DNA of 64,000 nucleotides from Candidatus Eiseniibacteriota bacterium (GCA_963702435.1 CAVPCR010000001.1:896001-960000); one strand, 5' to 3'; positions 1 to 10,452 are shown, numbered from the stretch's first letter. Numbers and translations: made by a program. The notes: generated by a model not told the origin, from the letters alone.

Positions 1-599
1 GCGGAGAGGTCGGTGATCGGATCGCCGGGGCGCAGGAACGCGCCCGGACTCACCTGGCGGGCGCCGATCAGACCGCTCCACGGCGCCACGATGCGCGTCT
101 TCTCGAAGCGAGTGCGGGCGAGCGCGAGATCGGCCTCGGCCATCTTGAGATTGGCGGCGGCGTTGTCGAGATCCTGCGCGGCCCCGGCGTTCTGCTCGAC
201 GATCCGCTTCACGCGGTCGTAGGTGACCTGCTGCTGGTCGCGGAACGCCTCGGCGCGCGCCACCTCGGCCTTGGCCTGCGCATCGTCGAGCTGGGCGATG
301 GGTGATCCCGCCTGCACGAATTCGCCTTCGCGGAAGGGCAGGCTGGTGAGAATGCCCTGGATCTCGGCGACGACCGTGATCGCCTCCCCGGCCTCGATCG
401 TGCCGACGGCCTCGAAGCGATCGGTGACCGCCATCCGGGCGACCGGCGCCGCCTCGACCGGCATCGGGGGCGGCGCGAAGCCGCCCGGGCCCCCGCCGCC
501 GCGCTGGCAGCCGGCGCCGAGCGCGAGAAGCGCGAAGGTCGCGAGAGTCGTGCTGGCGAGACGCGCTCGCCGGAACCCGATCGTCATCGAACGCTCCAT
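1..599 (-). CDS. Efflux RND transporter periplasmic adaptor (membrane fusion protein), runs off the window edge
   Basis: Manual translation from ATG 599: MERSMTIG..LALGAGC (lipobox) ..PMPVEAA..VGTIEAGEAITVVAEIQG..LPFREGEFVQAGSPIAQLDD..TRIVAPWSGLIG. This is the lipoyl/hairpin pattern of MFPs. Lies directly downstream of the TolC gene. Confidence 0.9.
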   Translation of the reverse strand, partial: MERSMTIGFRRARLASTTLATFALLALGAGCQRGGGGPGGFAPPPMPVEAAPVARMAVTDRFEAVGTIEAGEAITVVAEIQGILTSLPFREGEFVQAGSPIAQLDDAQAKAEVARAEAFRDQQQVTYDRVKRIVEQNAGAAQDLDNAAANLKMAEADLALARTRFEKTRIVAPWSGLIGARQVSPGAFLRPGDPITDLS

Positions 600-601
600 C
601 C

Positions 602-2242
602 TTATCCTTCAGGCAAGGGCACGGCGGCGGATCCCGCCGCGGTGAGTCGCCGGAGCTCGGCGTCCGCCTTGGCGACGCGGACGAGAGCTTGCGAGTAACG
701 CTGCTGGGCGGTGGCCAGATCGCCGGCGAGCCGCACGAGCTCGAAGGCCGTCGTGCGACCGGCCTGGTATTCGAGGGAACCGATGCGCACCTGCTCGATG
801 GCGGCATCCACGCCGTTCTCGGCCGCGGCGAGCCGCCGCTCCGAGTTGGCCAGCTCGCGATGGACGGCCCGCACGTCCTCCTCGAGGATGTTTCGTACCT
901 CGCGGTAACGCTCCTCGGCGCGCCGCACCTCGGCGCGCAGCCGGTCGCGTTCGCCGCGTCCTTCGCGGAGGAAGAGCGGGAACTCGACGAGCACCCCGGC
1001 GCTCCAGTTGGGGAATCGGCGATCGAGCGCGTCGCCTACCGCCTCGCCGCGATCGCCGGTGAACCGCGTGCGCAGGGTGTCGGCGCCGAAGGACACCTCC
1101 TGCGCATCGCCGGAGAGGCCGACGCCACCGAGAGAGCCGTAGAGATCGAGCATGGGGAGCGCATCCCACGCGGCGCCGTCGGCGAGCGCCTGCACCGCCG
1201 CGACGTCGCGCTCGCGGGCGGCGAGCTCGCGGTTCCAGCGAACGGCGCGCGCGACCAGCGTGTCAGGAGGTTCCACGGCGAAGCGGCGCGGCGGCTCCGC
1301 GGTCGGCCGGTAGCGGAGAAAGTCGGGAGTCGGGCGCCGGCCGAGGAGCGATGCGAGGTTGTCCGAGATGCGATCCATCTCCTCTTCGCGATCGATCACC
1401 GACTGCTCCTGCTCGGCGAGGAAGACCCGGGCGTTGGCGACATCGCCGGGACCAACGAGGCCCGCTCCGGCGCGGAGCTCCGCCTGGCGGGCCAGCGCTT
1501 CGGCGCCGTCGCGGATCAACCGCTGCACGGCGAGATTGCGCGCGGCCGCGTAGAGGTCCCAGTAGGTGCGTTCGACATCCGAGCGTACGGTGAGGATCGC
1601 ATCCACGTAGCGCTCGTTCGCTGCTTCAAGGTCGCGCTCGCTGGCCGAAAGTTCCATGTGGGCTGCCGGGCCGAATCCCTTGAGCACGGGCTGGCGGACC
1701 GCGAGCTTGCCGGCGGCGTCGTACTGGGGGTCGAGCCCCGCGAACTCCGAGTTGGTGGCAAGGCGCGAACTCTCGAGCGCCGCCGTGATCTCGGTGCCGG
1801 TCTGCGGGACCGTGACACCCAGTCCTCCGGTGAGAGCCGACGCCTCGTTGTCGACCACGTCCGGACGAGCAAACGGCGACGCTGAGGGCACTTCATCCCC
1901 GCGCCAGTCGGCGCCGGCGAAGAGCGTGGGATCGAAGGTCCCCTTCTCGCGCCGGACCGCCCCGCGCGCCGCATAGAGCGCGGCCTCCGCGTCGCGGGCG
2001 AGGGTCGAGTTGGCGATCCCCCATTCGACCGCCGGATCGAGCGCAAGCGGGTCGCCCTCGATCTCGGCGAGCGCGAGCGCGAGCGCGCTGTCGGGATTGG
2101 CGATGAGGCCCGGGCGCGGCGGCGCGGGCTGCGCGGTGGCAGGTGCAGAGGGCGCGCCGCGCTCGGCCTGGGCCTCTGCCTTCACGGCGACGACCCACAG
2201 CAAGGCGAGAACGCCCAGAGCAACGGGACGGACCAGGTTCAT
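602..2242 (-). CDS. TolC family outer membrane efflux protein
   Basis: 546 aa with a signal peptide and two OEP-like repeats (VERTYWDL..; YQAGRTTAFELV..). Adjacent to the MFP gene. Confidence 0.9.
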   Translation of the reverse strand: MNLVRPVALGVLALLWVVAVKAEAQAERGAPSAPATAQPAPPRPGLIANPDSALALALAEIEGDPLALDPAVEWGIANSTLARDAEAALYAARGAVRREKGTFDPTLFAGADWRGDEVPSASPFARPDVVDNEASALTGGLGVTVPQTGTEITAALESSRLATNSEFAGLDPQYDAAGKLAVRQPVLKGFGPAAHMELSASERDLEAANERYVDAILTVRSDVERTYWDLYAAARNLAVQRLIRDGAEALARQAELRAGAGLVGPGDVANARVFLAEQEQSVIDREEEMDRISDNLASLLGRRPTPDFLRYRPTAEPPRRFAVEPPDTLVARAVRWNRELAARERDVAAVQALADGAAWDALPMLDLYGSLGGVGLSGDAQEVSFGADTLRTRFTGDRGEAVGDALDRRFPNWSAGVLVEFPLFLREGRGERDRLRAEVRRAEERYREVRNILEEDVRAVHRELANSERRLAAAENGVDAAIEQVRIGSLEYQAGRTTAFELVRLAGDLATAQQRYSQALVRVAKADAELRRLTAAGSAAVPLPEG

Positions 2243-2657
2243 AGACCTACTTCTCGATCCTTGAGGGCACGGACCCGGAGGGCCCTTTAGGCCGAGCGCC
2301 GAGGCAAGCGGGGGGCCTGCAGCGCGGAGGGGAGATCACGACTCGATGATGCGCTAGCATACCACGGTGGGCGACCCGGAGCGCGGCCCCGGCGACGGCC
2401 CCCGGTGGGGAGGTCGGCCGACACGGAAAGTTGACTTCTTCCTGCGTTTTTCGCCGGAGGCCCTCGACCGGTCGATTCCTGACCACCTGGCGGGCGCGGG
2501 AGACCCGCGCCACCACCGCTCACGCGAAGGCGAGCCCCCACCCGCCGGAACGGGGCGGTGGCTTGAAACGGCCCGCGAATCGCCCGAGAATCCCCAAGAG
2601 TCGGAGTCGCCCGACGCGGTAGCAGCCCGCGCCGTCCCCTGTCCGGAGCGCTCCCCG

Positions 2658-3486
2658 ATGACCAAGAAGGCCGCCTGGCTCACCGACATCCACCTCGACT
2701 GGCTCGGTTCATCCGATGAGATCGACGCGCTGGCCCGGCAGGTGCTCGCTTTCTCTCCCCAGTGCGTCTTCCTGAGCGGCGACACGAGCCTCGCGCCGCG
2801 CCTCGCCGCGGATCTCGACGCGCTCGCCGAGCGCCTCCGCCTCCCGGTCTTCTTCGTCCTCGGCAACCACGACTTCTATGGCGGCTCGATCGCGGAGACG
2901 AGAGCGCTGGCCAGATCGTTGAGCGCCGAATCCCCGTGGCTCACGCTGGCTGTCGTGCTCGGAGCCGGTCGCGTTGACCAGAACGACCGGTCTCATCGGA
3001 CACGACGGGTGGGGGGACGGACGCCTGGGGAGCGGAGCCCGCTCGCCGATCGTGCTCAGCGACTTCTATCTGATCAGCGAACTGAGCGATCGCATCGGCG
3101 AGTCGGACGGTCTCCCCACCGGGGCCTTGTTTGCGCAGCTCAACGCGCTCGGGGATGAAGCCGCGCGTCACATCTCCCGGGTGCTACCCGCCGCGCTGAC
3201 CCGGTTCCGACACGTGCTGCTGGTCACGCATGTACCGCCCTTCCGGGAGTCGTGCTGGCATGACGGCCGCATCTCGGATGACGACTGGCTGCCGCACTTC
3301 ACCTGCCAGGCGGTCGGCGACGTTCTCCTCGATGTCATGACGTCGCACCCTGCGCATGAGCTCACCGTCCTGTGCGGGCACACGCACAGCCCGGGCCTGG
3401 CGCGGATCCGGCCGAACCTGCTCGTGAAGACCGGCGGCGCCACCTACGGAGAACCGGCCGTCCAGGACGTCCTGGCCGTCGAATAG
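2658..3486 (+). CDS. Metallophosphoesterase (calcineurin-like, Icc/CpdA-like), one +1 frameshift near 2946
   Basis: Motifs TDIH, SGD and GNHD in ORF 2367-3158; THVPP and CGHTH in ORF 2974-3486. Removing one C near 2946 joins the two frames. Confidence 0.85.
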
Positions 3487-3648
3487 ACGGCCGGCGAGGA
3501 AAACACGCGCTCGCAACGGGTTGCCCTGGACTGTCACCAGGGCGCCGGGTCGAACGTTGATCGGGTGGCAGGCGACGCTCGAGGGCGCGGGGCCCGGACG
3601 ATCCAGGATCCGGGCCGGCCGCCCGCGGGAGGCGCCGCGAGAGGAGAG

Positions 3649-5976
3649 ATGACCATGTCGGAACCAGCGCTCGCCCAGAGACCCGCCCCGCCGGCGGCCA
3701 CCGGCCTCGTCGCGGTGGACGGCCGCAGTTTTCCGCTCCGCGCCGCCGCGATCCGCGCCACGGCCGGAGGTGGCATCGCTCGCACCGTCTTCACGCAGAG
3801 CTACGCGAACCCGTACTTCGAGCCGCTCGAGGTGCTCTACACGCTGCCGCTCCCCGCCGACGGCGCGGTCGTCGGCTACACGATCCATCTCGGGGAGAAG
3901 GTCATCACCGGTCAGATCGAGAAGCGAGAGACGGCCGCGAAGATGTACGCAGAGGCGCTCGCCGCCGGCCGCATGGCTGGCCTCTTGAGCGCGGAGCGCG
4001 CTGACACCTTCACCCAGAAGCTCGGGAATCTGCCCCCGGGCGCGGAAGTTCGCGTCGAGATCGAGGTCCTCCATCCGCTCGCCTTCCTGCCGGCGGTTGC
4101 GAACCCGCCGGCCACTGACGCTCGCTGGCAGTACCGTTTCCCGACCGTGGTCGGCGTCCGCTACGAGGGCGCACCGGGCCGCGTCCCGGATGCGAGCCTC
4201 CTCGATGTGGAGCGCGCCGATCCGCACGGCACCCCCGTGCGTCTCGATCTCGACCTCCTGGTCGAGGACGGCGAACCCTCGCTCCTGGCACCGCGCTCGA
4301 CGAGCCACGCGCTTGCGACGGCGGCCGCCGCCCGTGCGGCGACCCGCGTCACGCTCGATGCTCCCGCGCGTCTCGACCGCGATCTCGTCGTCGAGTGGCG
4401 CGCGGGGTCCGCGGCCGGAGCCCCCGGAGAAGTCGGCGTGCGCCTGGTCGAGGGACCGGGCCTCCCGGGCGATGACGGCCGTTACGGCCTCCTCACCATC
4501 ACGCCGCCGGCGCGTCCGGCCCGCACCTTCGCCCGCGACCTCACCATCCTCATCGATGCGAGCGGCTCGATGGGGGGGCCGCCGATCGCCGCCGCCAAGG
4601 CGCTGGCCCGACGCCTGCTCGCGGACCTCGGGCCGGAGGACCGCTTCGAGCTTCTGGCCTTCGCGAGTCAGATGGCCAGGCTCGTCCCCGGACCGGTCGC
4701 CGCCGACGAGCACAACCGGCGCCGGGCGAACGAGGCGCTCGCTGCGCTCGCCGCCGGCGGCGGGACCGAGATGGCGTCGGCAGTCATGAATGCGCTGACC
4801 CCGCTCCGCGACAACTCGCAGCGCCAGGTCGTCCTCCTCTCCGACGGCTACATCGGCTTCGAGAGCGAGGTGGTCGGGAGAGTGCGGCAGTTGCTGCCGC
4901 CCGGGGCGCGGCTCCACACGGTGGGGATCGGCAGCGCGCCCAACCGCTCGCTCACGCAGGCTGCCGCGCGGGCCGGACGCGGAGTCGAGATCCTGATCGG
5001 CAGCGAGGACGAGGTGGAGCCGGCCGCCGCCCGGCTCCGCTCCGCCCTGGTCGGTCCCGTCCTCACCGATCTCGAGATCGGCGGATCGGCGGTGCGCGCG
5101 TGCGCACCGGCCCGCCCGCGCGATGTCCTCGCCGGCGAGCCGCTCGTCCTCGCCATCGAGCTCGCGACGACAGGTGGCTCGCTCGCCGTGGCGGGCCGCC
5201 TGGCCGGAACCGCCGGGAGGTGGGCGGAACGGATCGACGTTCGGGCCGGCACAGATATTCACCTGTCAACGCAGATTCCTATCGGCGCTCTCTTCGGACG
5301 TGAAGCGATCGCGGATGTGGAGATGCAGATCGCCGCCGCGGCTCACGACAGCGACGCGCCGTCCGCGCTGGTCGATGGAATCGAGGCGCTCGGCCTCCGC
5401 CACCGGATCGCGAGCCGGCGCACGAGCCTCATCGCGATCGCCGAGGAGCCGAGCGTGGATCCGCGGGCGCCGCGCCGGCGCGAGCGGCTGCCGGTCGAGA
5501 TCCCGGCCGGGGTGAGCGCCGAGGGGGTCGGGCTCGGGGGGCCGATGGTGCGCGAGCGTGGCCTGGGGGTGGCGTTTCATGCCGGGCCCGACATGGTCCG
5601 GATGCTGCGCGGCGCACGCGGGCGCGACTTGTTCGCGGGCACGGATCTGCGTGCGGCGGACGCGGCGGCCATCGAGATCGAGGCGCGGGTGACGCGCCGC
5701 GACGGAGATCTCCTCGTCCTCGAGTTCGAGGTGCCGGCAGCGGGGATCGTCATCCCGGGCCGCGAGGACGGGCTCACGGTCATCCTGGTCGACGGGACGA
5801 CGATCGAGGCCCGCGTGGACGAGAGCCTCAGCACGCGCCCCGGCCGGCACGCGCCCGGGCTCACGCTCCGCCTCGCGCTCCTCACGGCGGGCGGCGAGAC
5901 CTGGCCCGCCGCTCCGCTCGCCGCCATCACCTGGGACCAGGAACGCCTGGCCGTCCACATCACCGCCGAACCCTGA
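3649..5976 (+). CDS. VIT (vault inter-alpha-trypsin) plus von Willebrand A domain protein
   Basis: VIT segment (TQSYANP..LEVLYTLPLPADGAV..FTQKLGNLPPG) and vWA MIDAS motif (IDASGSM..GGTE..LLSDG). GAGGAG lies before ATG 3649. Confidence 0.9.
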   Translation: MTMSEPALAQRPAPPAATGLVAVDGRSFPLRAAAIRATAGGGIARTVFTQSYANPYFEPLEVLYTLPLPADGAVVGYTIHLGEKVITGQIEKRETAAKMYAEALAAGRMAGLLSAERADTFTQKLGNLPPGAEVRVEIEVLHPLAFLPAVANPPATDARWQYRFPTVVGVRYEGAPGRVPDASLLDVERADPHGTPVRLDLDLLVEDGEPSLLAPRSTSHALATAAAARAATRVTLDAPARLDRDLVVEWRAGSAAGAPGEVGVRLVEGPGLPGDDGRYGLLTITPPARPARTFARDLTILIDASGSMGGPPIAAAKALARRLLADLGPEDRFELLAFASQMARLVPGPVAADEHNRRRANEALAALAAGGGTEMASAVMNALTPLRDNSQRQVVLLSDGYIGFESEVVGRVRQLLPPGARLHTVGIGSAPNRSLTQAAARAGRGVEILIGSEDEVEPAAARLRSALVGPVLTDLEIGGSAVRACAPARPRDVLAGEPLVLAIELATTGGSLAVAGRLAGTAGRWAERIDVRAGTDIHLSTQIPIGALFGREAIADVEMQIAAAAHDSDAPSALVDGIEALGLRHRIASRRTSLIAIAEEPSVDPRAPRRRERLPVEIPAGVSAEGVGLGGPMVRERGLGVAFHAGPDMVRMLRGARGRDLFAGTDLRAADAAAIEIEARVTRRDGDLLVLEFEVPAAGIVIPGREDGLTVILVDGTTIEARVDESLSTRPGRHAPGLTLRLALLTAGGETWPAAPLAAITWDQERLAVHITAEP

Positions 5977-5977
5977 C

Positions 5978-6589
5978 ATGACGGAAGAGACGCAAAGGGA
6001 GTCGAACGGTCCGGTCGAGATCACCGATCTCGACCGGGCCTTCGCCGCGGTGCGTGAAGGCGACGCGCGCGCCTTCGCGGTCTGGCTCGGCCATGCGGAG
6101 ATGCCGCTCCGCGCGAGTCTTCGCCCCTTCGCGCGCGCGCTCGATGTCGAAGCGGTGTTGCAGGAAGGTCTCCTCCGCATGTGGGTGCTCGCGCCGACTC
6201 TCGCCCTGAGCGGGCGGAACGCGTCGCTCCGCTACGCGCTCCGCCTTTTCCGGAACCTCGCGCTCGACGAGACCCGCCGCCTTCGCCGCCTCGAGCCGCT
6301 CGACATGGCAGCGCTCGAGCGGATGCCCGAGGCGAGCGTTCCTCCCGATCCGACCCCCGACCCCGGGCTCCGCGCCGCCATCCTCCGCTGCCTCGAGCAG
6401 CTCAAGGGGAAGCCACGCGCGGCGCTCGGCGCGCGCCTCGAGGACGCCGGTCGCTCATCCGACCGCGAGCTCGCAGCCGCCCTCCGCATGACCGCGAACA
6501 CTTTCTTACAAAACGTGGTCCGCGCCCGCCGCGCGATGGCGCAGTGTCTCGAACGGGCCGGCATCTCCCTGAGCGAGGTCACATCATGA
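5978..6589 (+). CDS. ECF-type sigma-70 family RNA polymerase sigma factor (divergent)
   Basis: GDARAF..DVEAVLQEGLLRMW (region 2), RNLALDETRR, ILRCLEQL..DRELAAALRMT..VRARRAMAQCL (region 4). Confidence 0.75.
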   Translation: MTEETQRESNGPVEITDLDRAFAAVREGDARAFAVWLGHAEMPLRASLRPFARALDVEAVLQEGLLRMWVLAPTLALSGRNASLRYALRLFRNLALDETRRLRRLEPLDMAALERMPEASVPPDPTPDPGLRAAILRCLEQLKGKPRAALGARLEDAGRSSDRELAAALRMTANTFLQNVVRARRAMAQCLERAGISLSEVTS

Positions 6590-6843
6590 ACGCGCGTGAC
6601 GAGCAGGACGCCCTCGTCGAGGCGGCGCTCGGCGCCTTCCGCGAGCGCGATCCGGCGAGCGGGGCCATCAGACCGTCGCCCGCCTTCCTCGACTTGCCAC
6701 CCGCCGCGTGCGACGAGCTCTTCGCGCGCCAGACGGCGAGCCGCCACCTCGAGCGGGCGGCACATCCATCGGGGCTCTCGACGACTGCGCGCGCAGTGAT
6801 CAGACGGCTCACGCGCGTTGGCCAGTTTCCGGTGCTAGGATGA
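6586..6843 (+). CDS. Small soluble hypothetical protein (85 aa), translationally coupled to the sigma factor
   Basis: ATGA overlap with the sigma stop; MNARDEQDALVEAALGAFRERDP..; GC3-rich codon usage. Confidence 0.7.
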   Translation: MNARDEQDALVEAALGAFRERDPASGAIRPSPAFLDLPPAACDELFARQTASRHLERAAHPSGLSTTARAVIRRLTRVGQFPVLG

Positions 6844-6885
6844 TCGCCGCTTCGCCACCAAGAGGGCCGCAGGGGGAGGGGACGC

Positions 6886-7305
6886 ATGAGGAACTGGATG
6901 GCGCTGGCGATTCTCCTCGCCTGCTTCGCGCCGGCAGGATGCGGGGATGACGAGCTCGGACCACCAGAGGACGATCTCGTCGGCACGTGGAACGCGACGG
7001 CGATCGAGTTCGTGGGCAAGGCCGGCCAAGGCGCGGCCGACGCCCTCGCCACTGGGTGGAGCGCACGGCTCACGCTGGCGGCGGACAATACAGGCGAGCT
7101 CAGCGTCACGCGGAGCGACGCGACCTCCTGGACTTGGCCCGGTTCCTGGGAAGTCGATGCGGACCTCTTCCGGATCGCCGGCCAGGGGGCCGATATCAGC
7201 CTGAACGACGGCAACCTCCGGCTCGCCGGATTCGATTCCGCCTACGACTTCGACGACGACGGCACCGAGGAGCCTTCGAAGCTGAACCTCGTCCTGCGCC
7301 GCTGA
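6886..7305 (+). CDS. Lipoprotein, lipocalin-like domain
   Basis: Lipobox-like APAGC, 'LVGTW' motif, GGAGG RBS. Confidence 0.7.
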   Translation: MRNWMALAILLACFAPAGCGDDELGPPEDDLVGTWNATAIEFVGKAGQGAADALATGWSARLTLAADNTGELSVTRSDATSWTWPGSWEVDADLFRIAGQGADISLNDGNLRLAGFDSAYDFDDDGTEEPSKLNLVLRR

Positions 7306-7376
7306 TCGCGCGCGCGAACGGCGCGCGCGCGAACGGCGCGCAGCACCGTGTATCGGCGCGCAGCGCCCGGCCCGCA

Positions 7377-8063
7377 TCAGCGCGGGCGCCCGACCGGCAT
7401 GAGTCCGAGCGGCTCCTCGCCGGGCGGCAAACCGAGGGTCCGCGCGACCGCACCGTCGTCGAATGCGCCCACGATGCAGGTGCCGAGCCCGAGCGCGGTC
7501 GCCGCGAGGTAGACGTTCTCGACCGCGTGACCGACCTCCATGTCCACGTAGCGCTCGGCGCGATCGCCGTACTTGCGCGCGGTGCGCGCCTCGACGGCCG
7601 TGATGGCGATGATCGCGGGAGCGGTCGCCATCCACTCCTGATCGAGCGCGGCATCCGCGAGCGCGGCGCGGCGATCTCCGCTCGAGACGAGCACGAGCTC
7701 GTGACGGGCGGGAACGTACCGATAGATGCCCGCCGCGAGGCCCGTGACCTGACCCGCGACGAGATGCACCTCGAGCGGATAGAGGGCGCCGGCCGAGGGC
7801 GCGGTGCGCCCGCCGTCCGCGTCCGTCACGCCCTGCGCCGCCCACAGGAGCTGGGCCGCCGCGGCCAGATCCATCGGCGCGGGCGCGTACTCGCGTATGG
7901 AGCGGCGCGTGGCGAGCGCCTCGTTGAGCGTCATGCCGCCACCGGGCTGCGGGGCGGGGAGGCGCACGGGGGCAGCAGATTGGGTTTGCGTCATTGCTAA
8001 GTCTCCGGACGCGGACCAGAGCACGATGGCAACAAGGATGATGCAGCGAACCTTGGCTGTCAT
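7377..8063 (-). CDS. SagB/ThcOx family nitroreductase-like dehydrogenase with N-terminal signal-like segment
   Basis: RRSIREY..QLLWAAQG..RTAPSAGALYPLE..GHAVENVYLAATALGLGTC..GAFDD; GAGGAG before ATG 8063. Confidence 0.9.
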   Translation of the reverse strand: MTAKVRCIILVAIVLWSASGDLAMTQTQSAAPVRLPAPQPGGGMTLNEALATRRSIREYAPAPMDLAAAAQLLWAAQGVTDADGGRTAPSAGALYPLEVHLVAGQVTGLAAGIYRYVPARHELVLVSSGDRRAALADAALDQEWMATAPAIIAITAVEARTARKYGDRAERYVDMEVGHAVENVYLAATALGLGTCIVGAFDDGAVARTLGLPPGEEPLGLMPVGRPR

Positions 8064-8113
8064 GATCTCCTCGACGCTGGGATGAGCGCTGCCTTCATCT
8101 TCGCAATCAGCGA

Positions 8114-10135
8114 TCAGTCTCTCTCCTTCCCCCGGCGCCGCGGTCCCCGCTTCGTCGCGAGGTTCCGATCCGCATACGCCGCCACCTCGATCAGCTGCTC
8201 GAGCGGGCGTTCGAGCCGCGGATCCTGATGGCTGCGGAGGACGACCTCTTTCGCAAAGAGCATGGCGAGATAGCGCAGCTTGAGCGCCGACTGCTCGGCG
8301 ATGGCGCGATACTCGCGATGCCCCGAGTTGACCTGCCAGCGGCCGTCCTGCATGCGCGATCGCCACCCGGCCCCCGGCTGATGCACGAACTCCGGTTCGG
8401 GGATGCCCTCGTCGGTGCGCCCCGCTCCCGGGAGCTCGAACAGCACCTCGACCGGCGCCTCGGCGTGCGCCTCGCGGCCGCCCGCACGCCCGACCACCGC
8501 GAGCGTGCCGTCAGCCGCCTCGCTTGCCGCGCGAAGGCGCATGTGGGCGCCCGCGACGTCACCCTCGGCATGCACGAGAAAACCGACCGGACCGTCCACG
8601 GTCCAGACGAACTCGACCGGTTCGGTGAGCACGCGCTCGATGTCATCGACGGCGATCGCGCGCACGCGCCGCTCACCGCCGCACTCGACACGCACGAGCG
8701 CGGGAATGATACGCACCGCGGCGAGCGGCCCCGGCGGGAACAGGTACTCGGTCTGGTCGGAGAGCGGTGCGGGTGCGGGCGCCTCGTCATCGTGCGGGGC
8801 GGTGGGCGCCGCAGCTGCCTCCGCCGCAGCTGCCTCCGCCGTTGCCGCCTCCGCCGTCGGTCCGCCGCCGTGCTCCGCGGCGTCTCGGCGACCCTCCTCC
8901 TCCTCGCCACCCGCGGCGCCCTTGCCACCCGGTCCCGCGCCGCGATCGTGGCCGCCTTCGACGGGCAGGAGCGCATAGCGCGGCCGCTGCCGGTAGAAGT
9001 CACGGAAGGCGCGCTGCAGGTCCCGGATGAGCGAGCGATCGAGCTCGTCAGCACGCCGCCGTTCGAGATCGGCGAGAAGTTCCACGAGCATGGGCTCGAC
9101 GACCCGGAGCGCGCGCGCGAACTGCTCGGCGGCGTCGTCGACCACGATGCCGCGGCGGCTCCCGGGCGCGACCTGGAAGGCGGGGAAATCGACCATGCCC
9201 GAGAGCCGCGTGTCGTTCCACGGCGGGCGGTCGAGACCGAGCGGGGCGAGCGCGTGGAAGCTCTCGGCGACGAGAGTCCCTGCCGAGTAGACGGCGAGAC
9301 CATGCGGCTCGTCACCGGCACCGGCGGACTCCTCGCCGCTCAGATAGATCTCGAAGCGCACGGGCGGATGTCCGGGTACATCCACGGGCCCGATCCCTTC
9401 GAGCCGCTCGCCGAGGAAGCGCGGCGGCCTGACCGGCGTGAGCCGCTGCGCCCGTCCTCGCGCCATGCGATCTTCGATGAGAAGCTCGACATCGCGCGCG
9501 AGGAGCTGCCCGCGGAGCTCCGCCGCGAGGTAGTCGGCGGCGCGGCGGCCGACGAGGGCGCCGAGCGCGCCGCGATGCAGATCCACGATCACGATCTCGG
9601 TCCAGCATTCATCGAGCGGCAGGCGGCCGCGGAGCGGCTCGATCAGGAAGTCGTCCTTGTCCCGATGGAGGACGAGCCGGTGCGCGCGCTGCCCGGGCAC
9701 GCTGGTCCGCATCTCGAGCACCTGGCCCAGGCTCCAGAAGCCGAGGAGCCCGATCCCGTATTGCCCCTGCGTCATGAGCTGGAGGCGCTGCTCCGGAGAG
9801 AGATCGCGTTTCCGGCTGTGGCCGATGTGGGTCGCGATGTAGCGGAGCGCCTCGGGTCGATCCATCTCCGGGATCACACCGCTGCCATCGTCGAAGATGC
9901 GGAGGCACGAGAGGCCCTTCTCGCGGAGACGCGTCACCCGGATGTGGTGCGCTCCCGCATCGAGGCTGTTCTGGACGAGCTCGGCGAGCGCCTTCCGCGG
10001 ATCGGGCTGGCTGAGCGCCAGCCAGCGGATGAGCTCGAAGGGGTCGTGCGCGCGCACGCGCCCGGTGACGGCATCGGCCGGCTTGCTCGTTCGCCGGCGG
10101 CGCGGGCGGGGGGCCTCGTCCGGGGGCAGCACCAT
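8114..10135 (-). CDS. GHKL (MORC/Hsp90-like) ATPase with linker and Ig-like domain
   Basis: Bergerat motifs ELVQNSLDA, DDGSG, GHSRK and GQYGIG. Followed by an Ala/Glu-rich linker, a beta-rich segment and C-terminal VNSGHREY. Confidence 0.8.
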   Translation of the reverse strand: MVLPPDEAPRPRRRRTSKPADAVTGRVRAHDPFELIRWLALSQPDPRKALAELVQNSLDAGAHHIRVTRLREKGLSCLRIFDDGSGVIPEMDRPEALRYIATHIGHSRKRDLSPEQRLQLMTQGQYGIGLLGFWSLGQVLEMRTSVPGQRAHRLVLHRDKDDFLIEPLRGRLPLDECWTEIVIVDLHRGALGALVGRRAADYLAAELRGQLLARDVELLIEDRMARGRAQRLTPVRPPRFLGERLEGIGPVDVPGHPPVRFEIYLSGEESAGAGDEPHGLAVYSAGTLVAESFHALAPLGLDRPPWNDTRLSGMVDFPAFQVAPGSRRGIVVDDAAEQFARALRVVEPMLVELLADLERRRADELDRSLIRDLQRAFRDFYRQRPRYALLPVEGGHDRGAGPGGKGAAGGEEEEGRRDAAEHGGGPTAEAATAEAAAAEAAAAPTAPHDDEAPAPAPLSDQTEYLFPPGPLAAVRIIPALVRVECGGERRVRAIAVDDIERVLTEPVEFVWTVDGPVGFLVHAEGDVAGAHMRLRAASEAADGTLAVVGRAGGREAHAEAPVEVLFELPGAGRTDEGIPEPEFVHQPGAGWRSRMQDGRWQVNSGHREYRAIAEQSALKLRYLAMLFAKEVVLRSHQDPRLERPLEQLIEVAAYADRNLATKRGPRRRGKERD

Positions 10136-10452
10136 GCCGGGCAGGATATCACGCGCCCGCCCCCGGCCGGCCGGGCCCCGGCCGCCGCACCGGCGGGACG
10201 GTGGTATGATCAGGTCGTGCGATCGGCGTGAGCTCGGGCGTGCTCGGGCCCGCGGATCGTGACGAAGTCGCCAGACCTCCCGGAGCCTGGCATGAGCTCC
10301 GCCGCATCGCCGGACCCACGATGCGCGGCCGCGCGGCTGTCATCGAGCCGCCCGCACTGCATCGTGAAGGTCCGTGCATGGACCGCGATGTGGTTTCTCT
10401 CCACTCGCCGGACCCAGTGCGCATCGCGCGCACCCGCGAAAGGAGATCGCTC

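Noticed and set aside
7377..8063. Azole-RiPP (TOMM) cluster suggested by the SagB-like gene
   Set aside because: No YcaO, E1-like or precursor gene nearby; stand-alone SagB-like nitroreductases are common.
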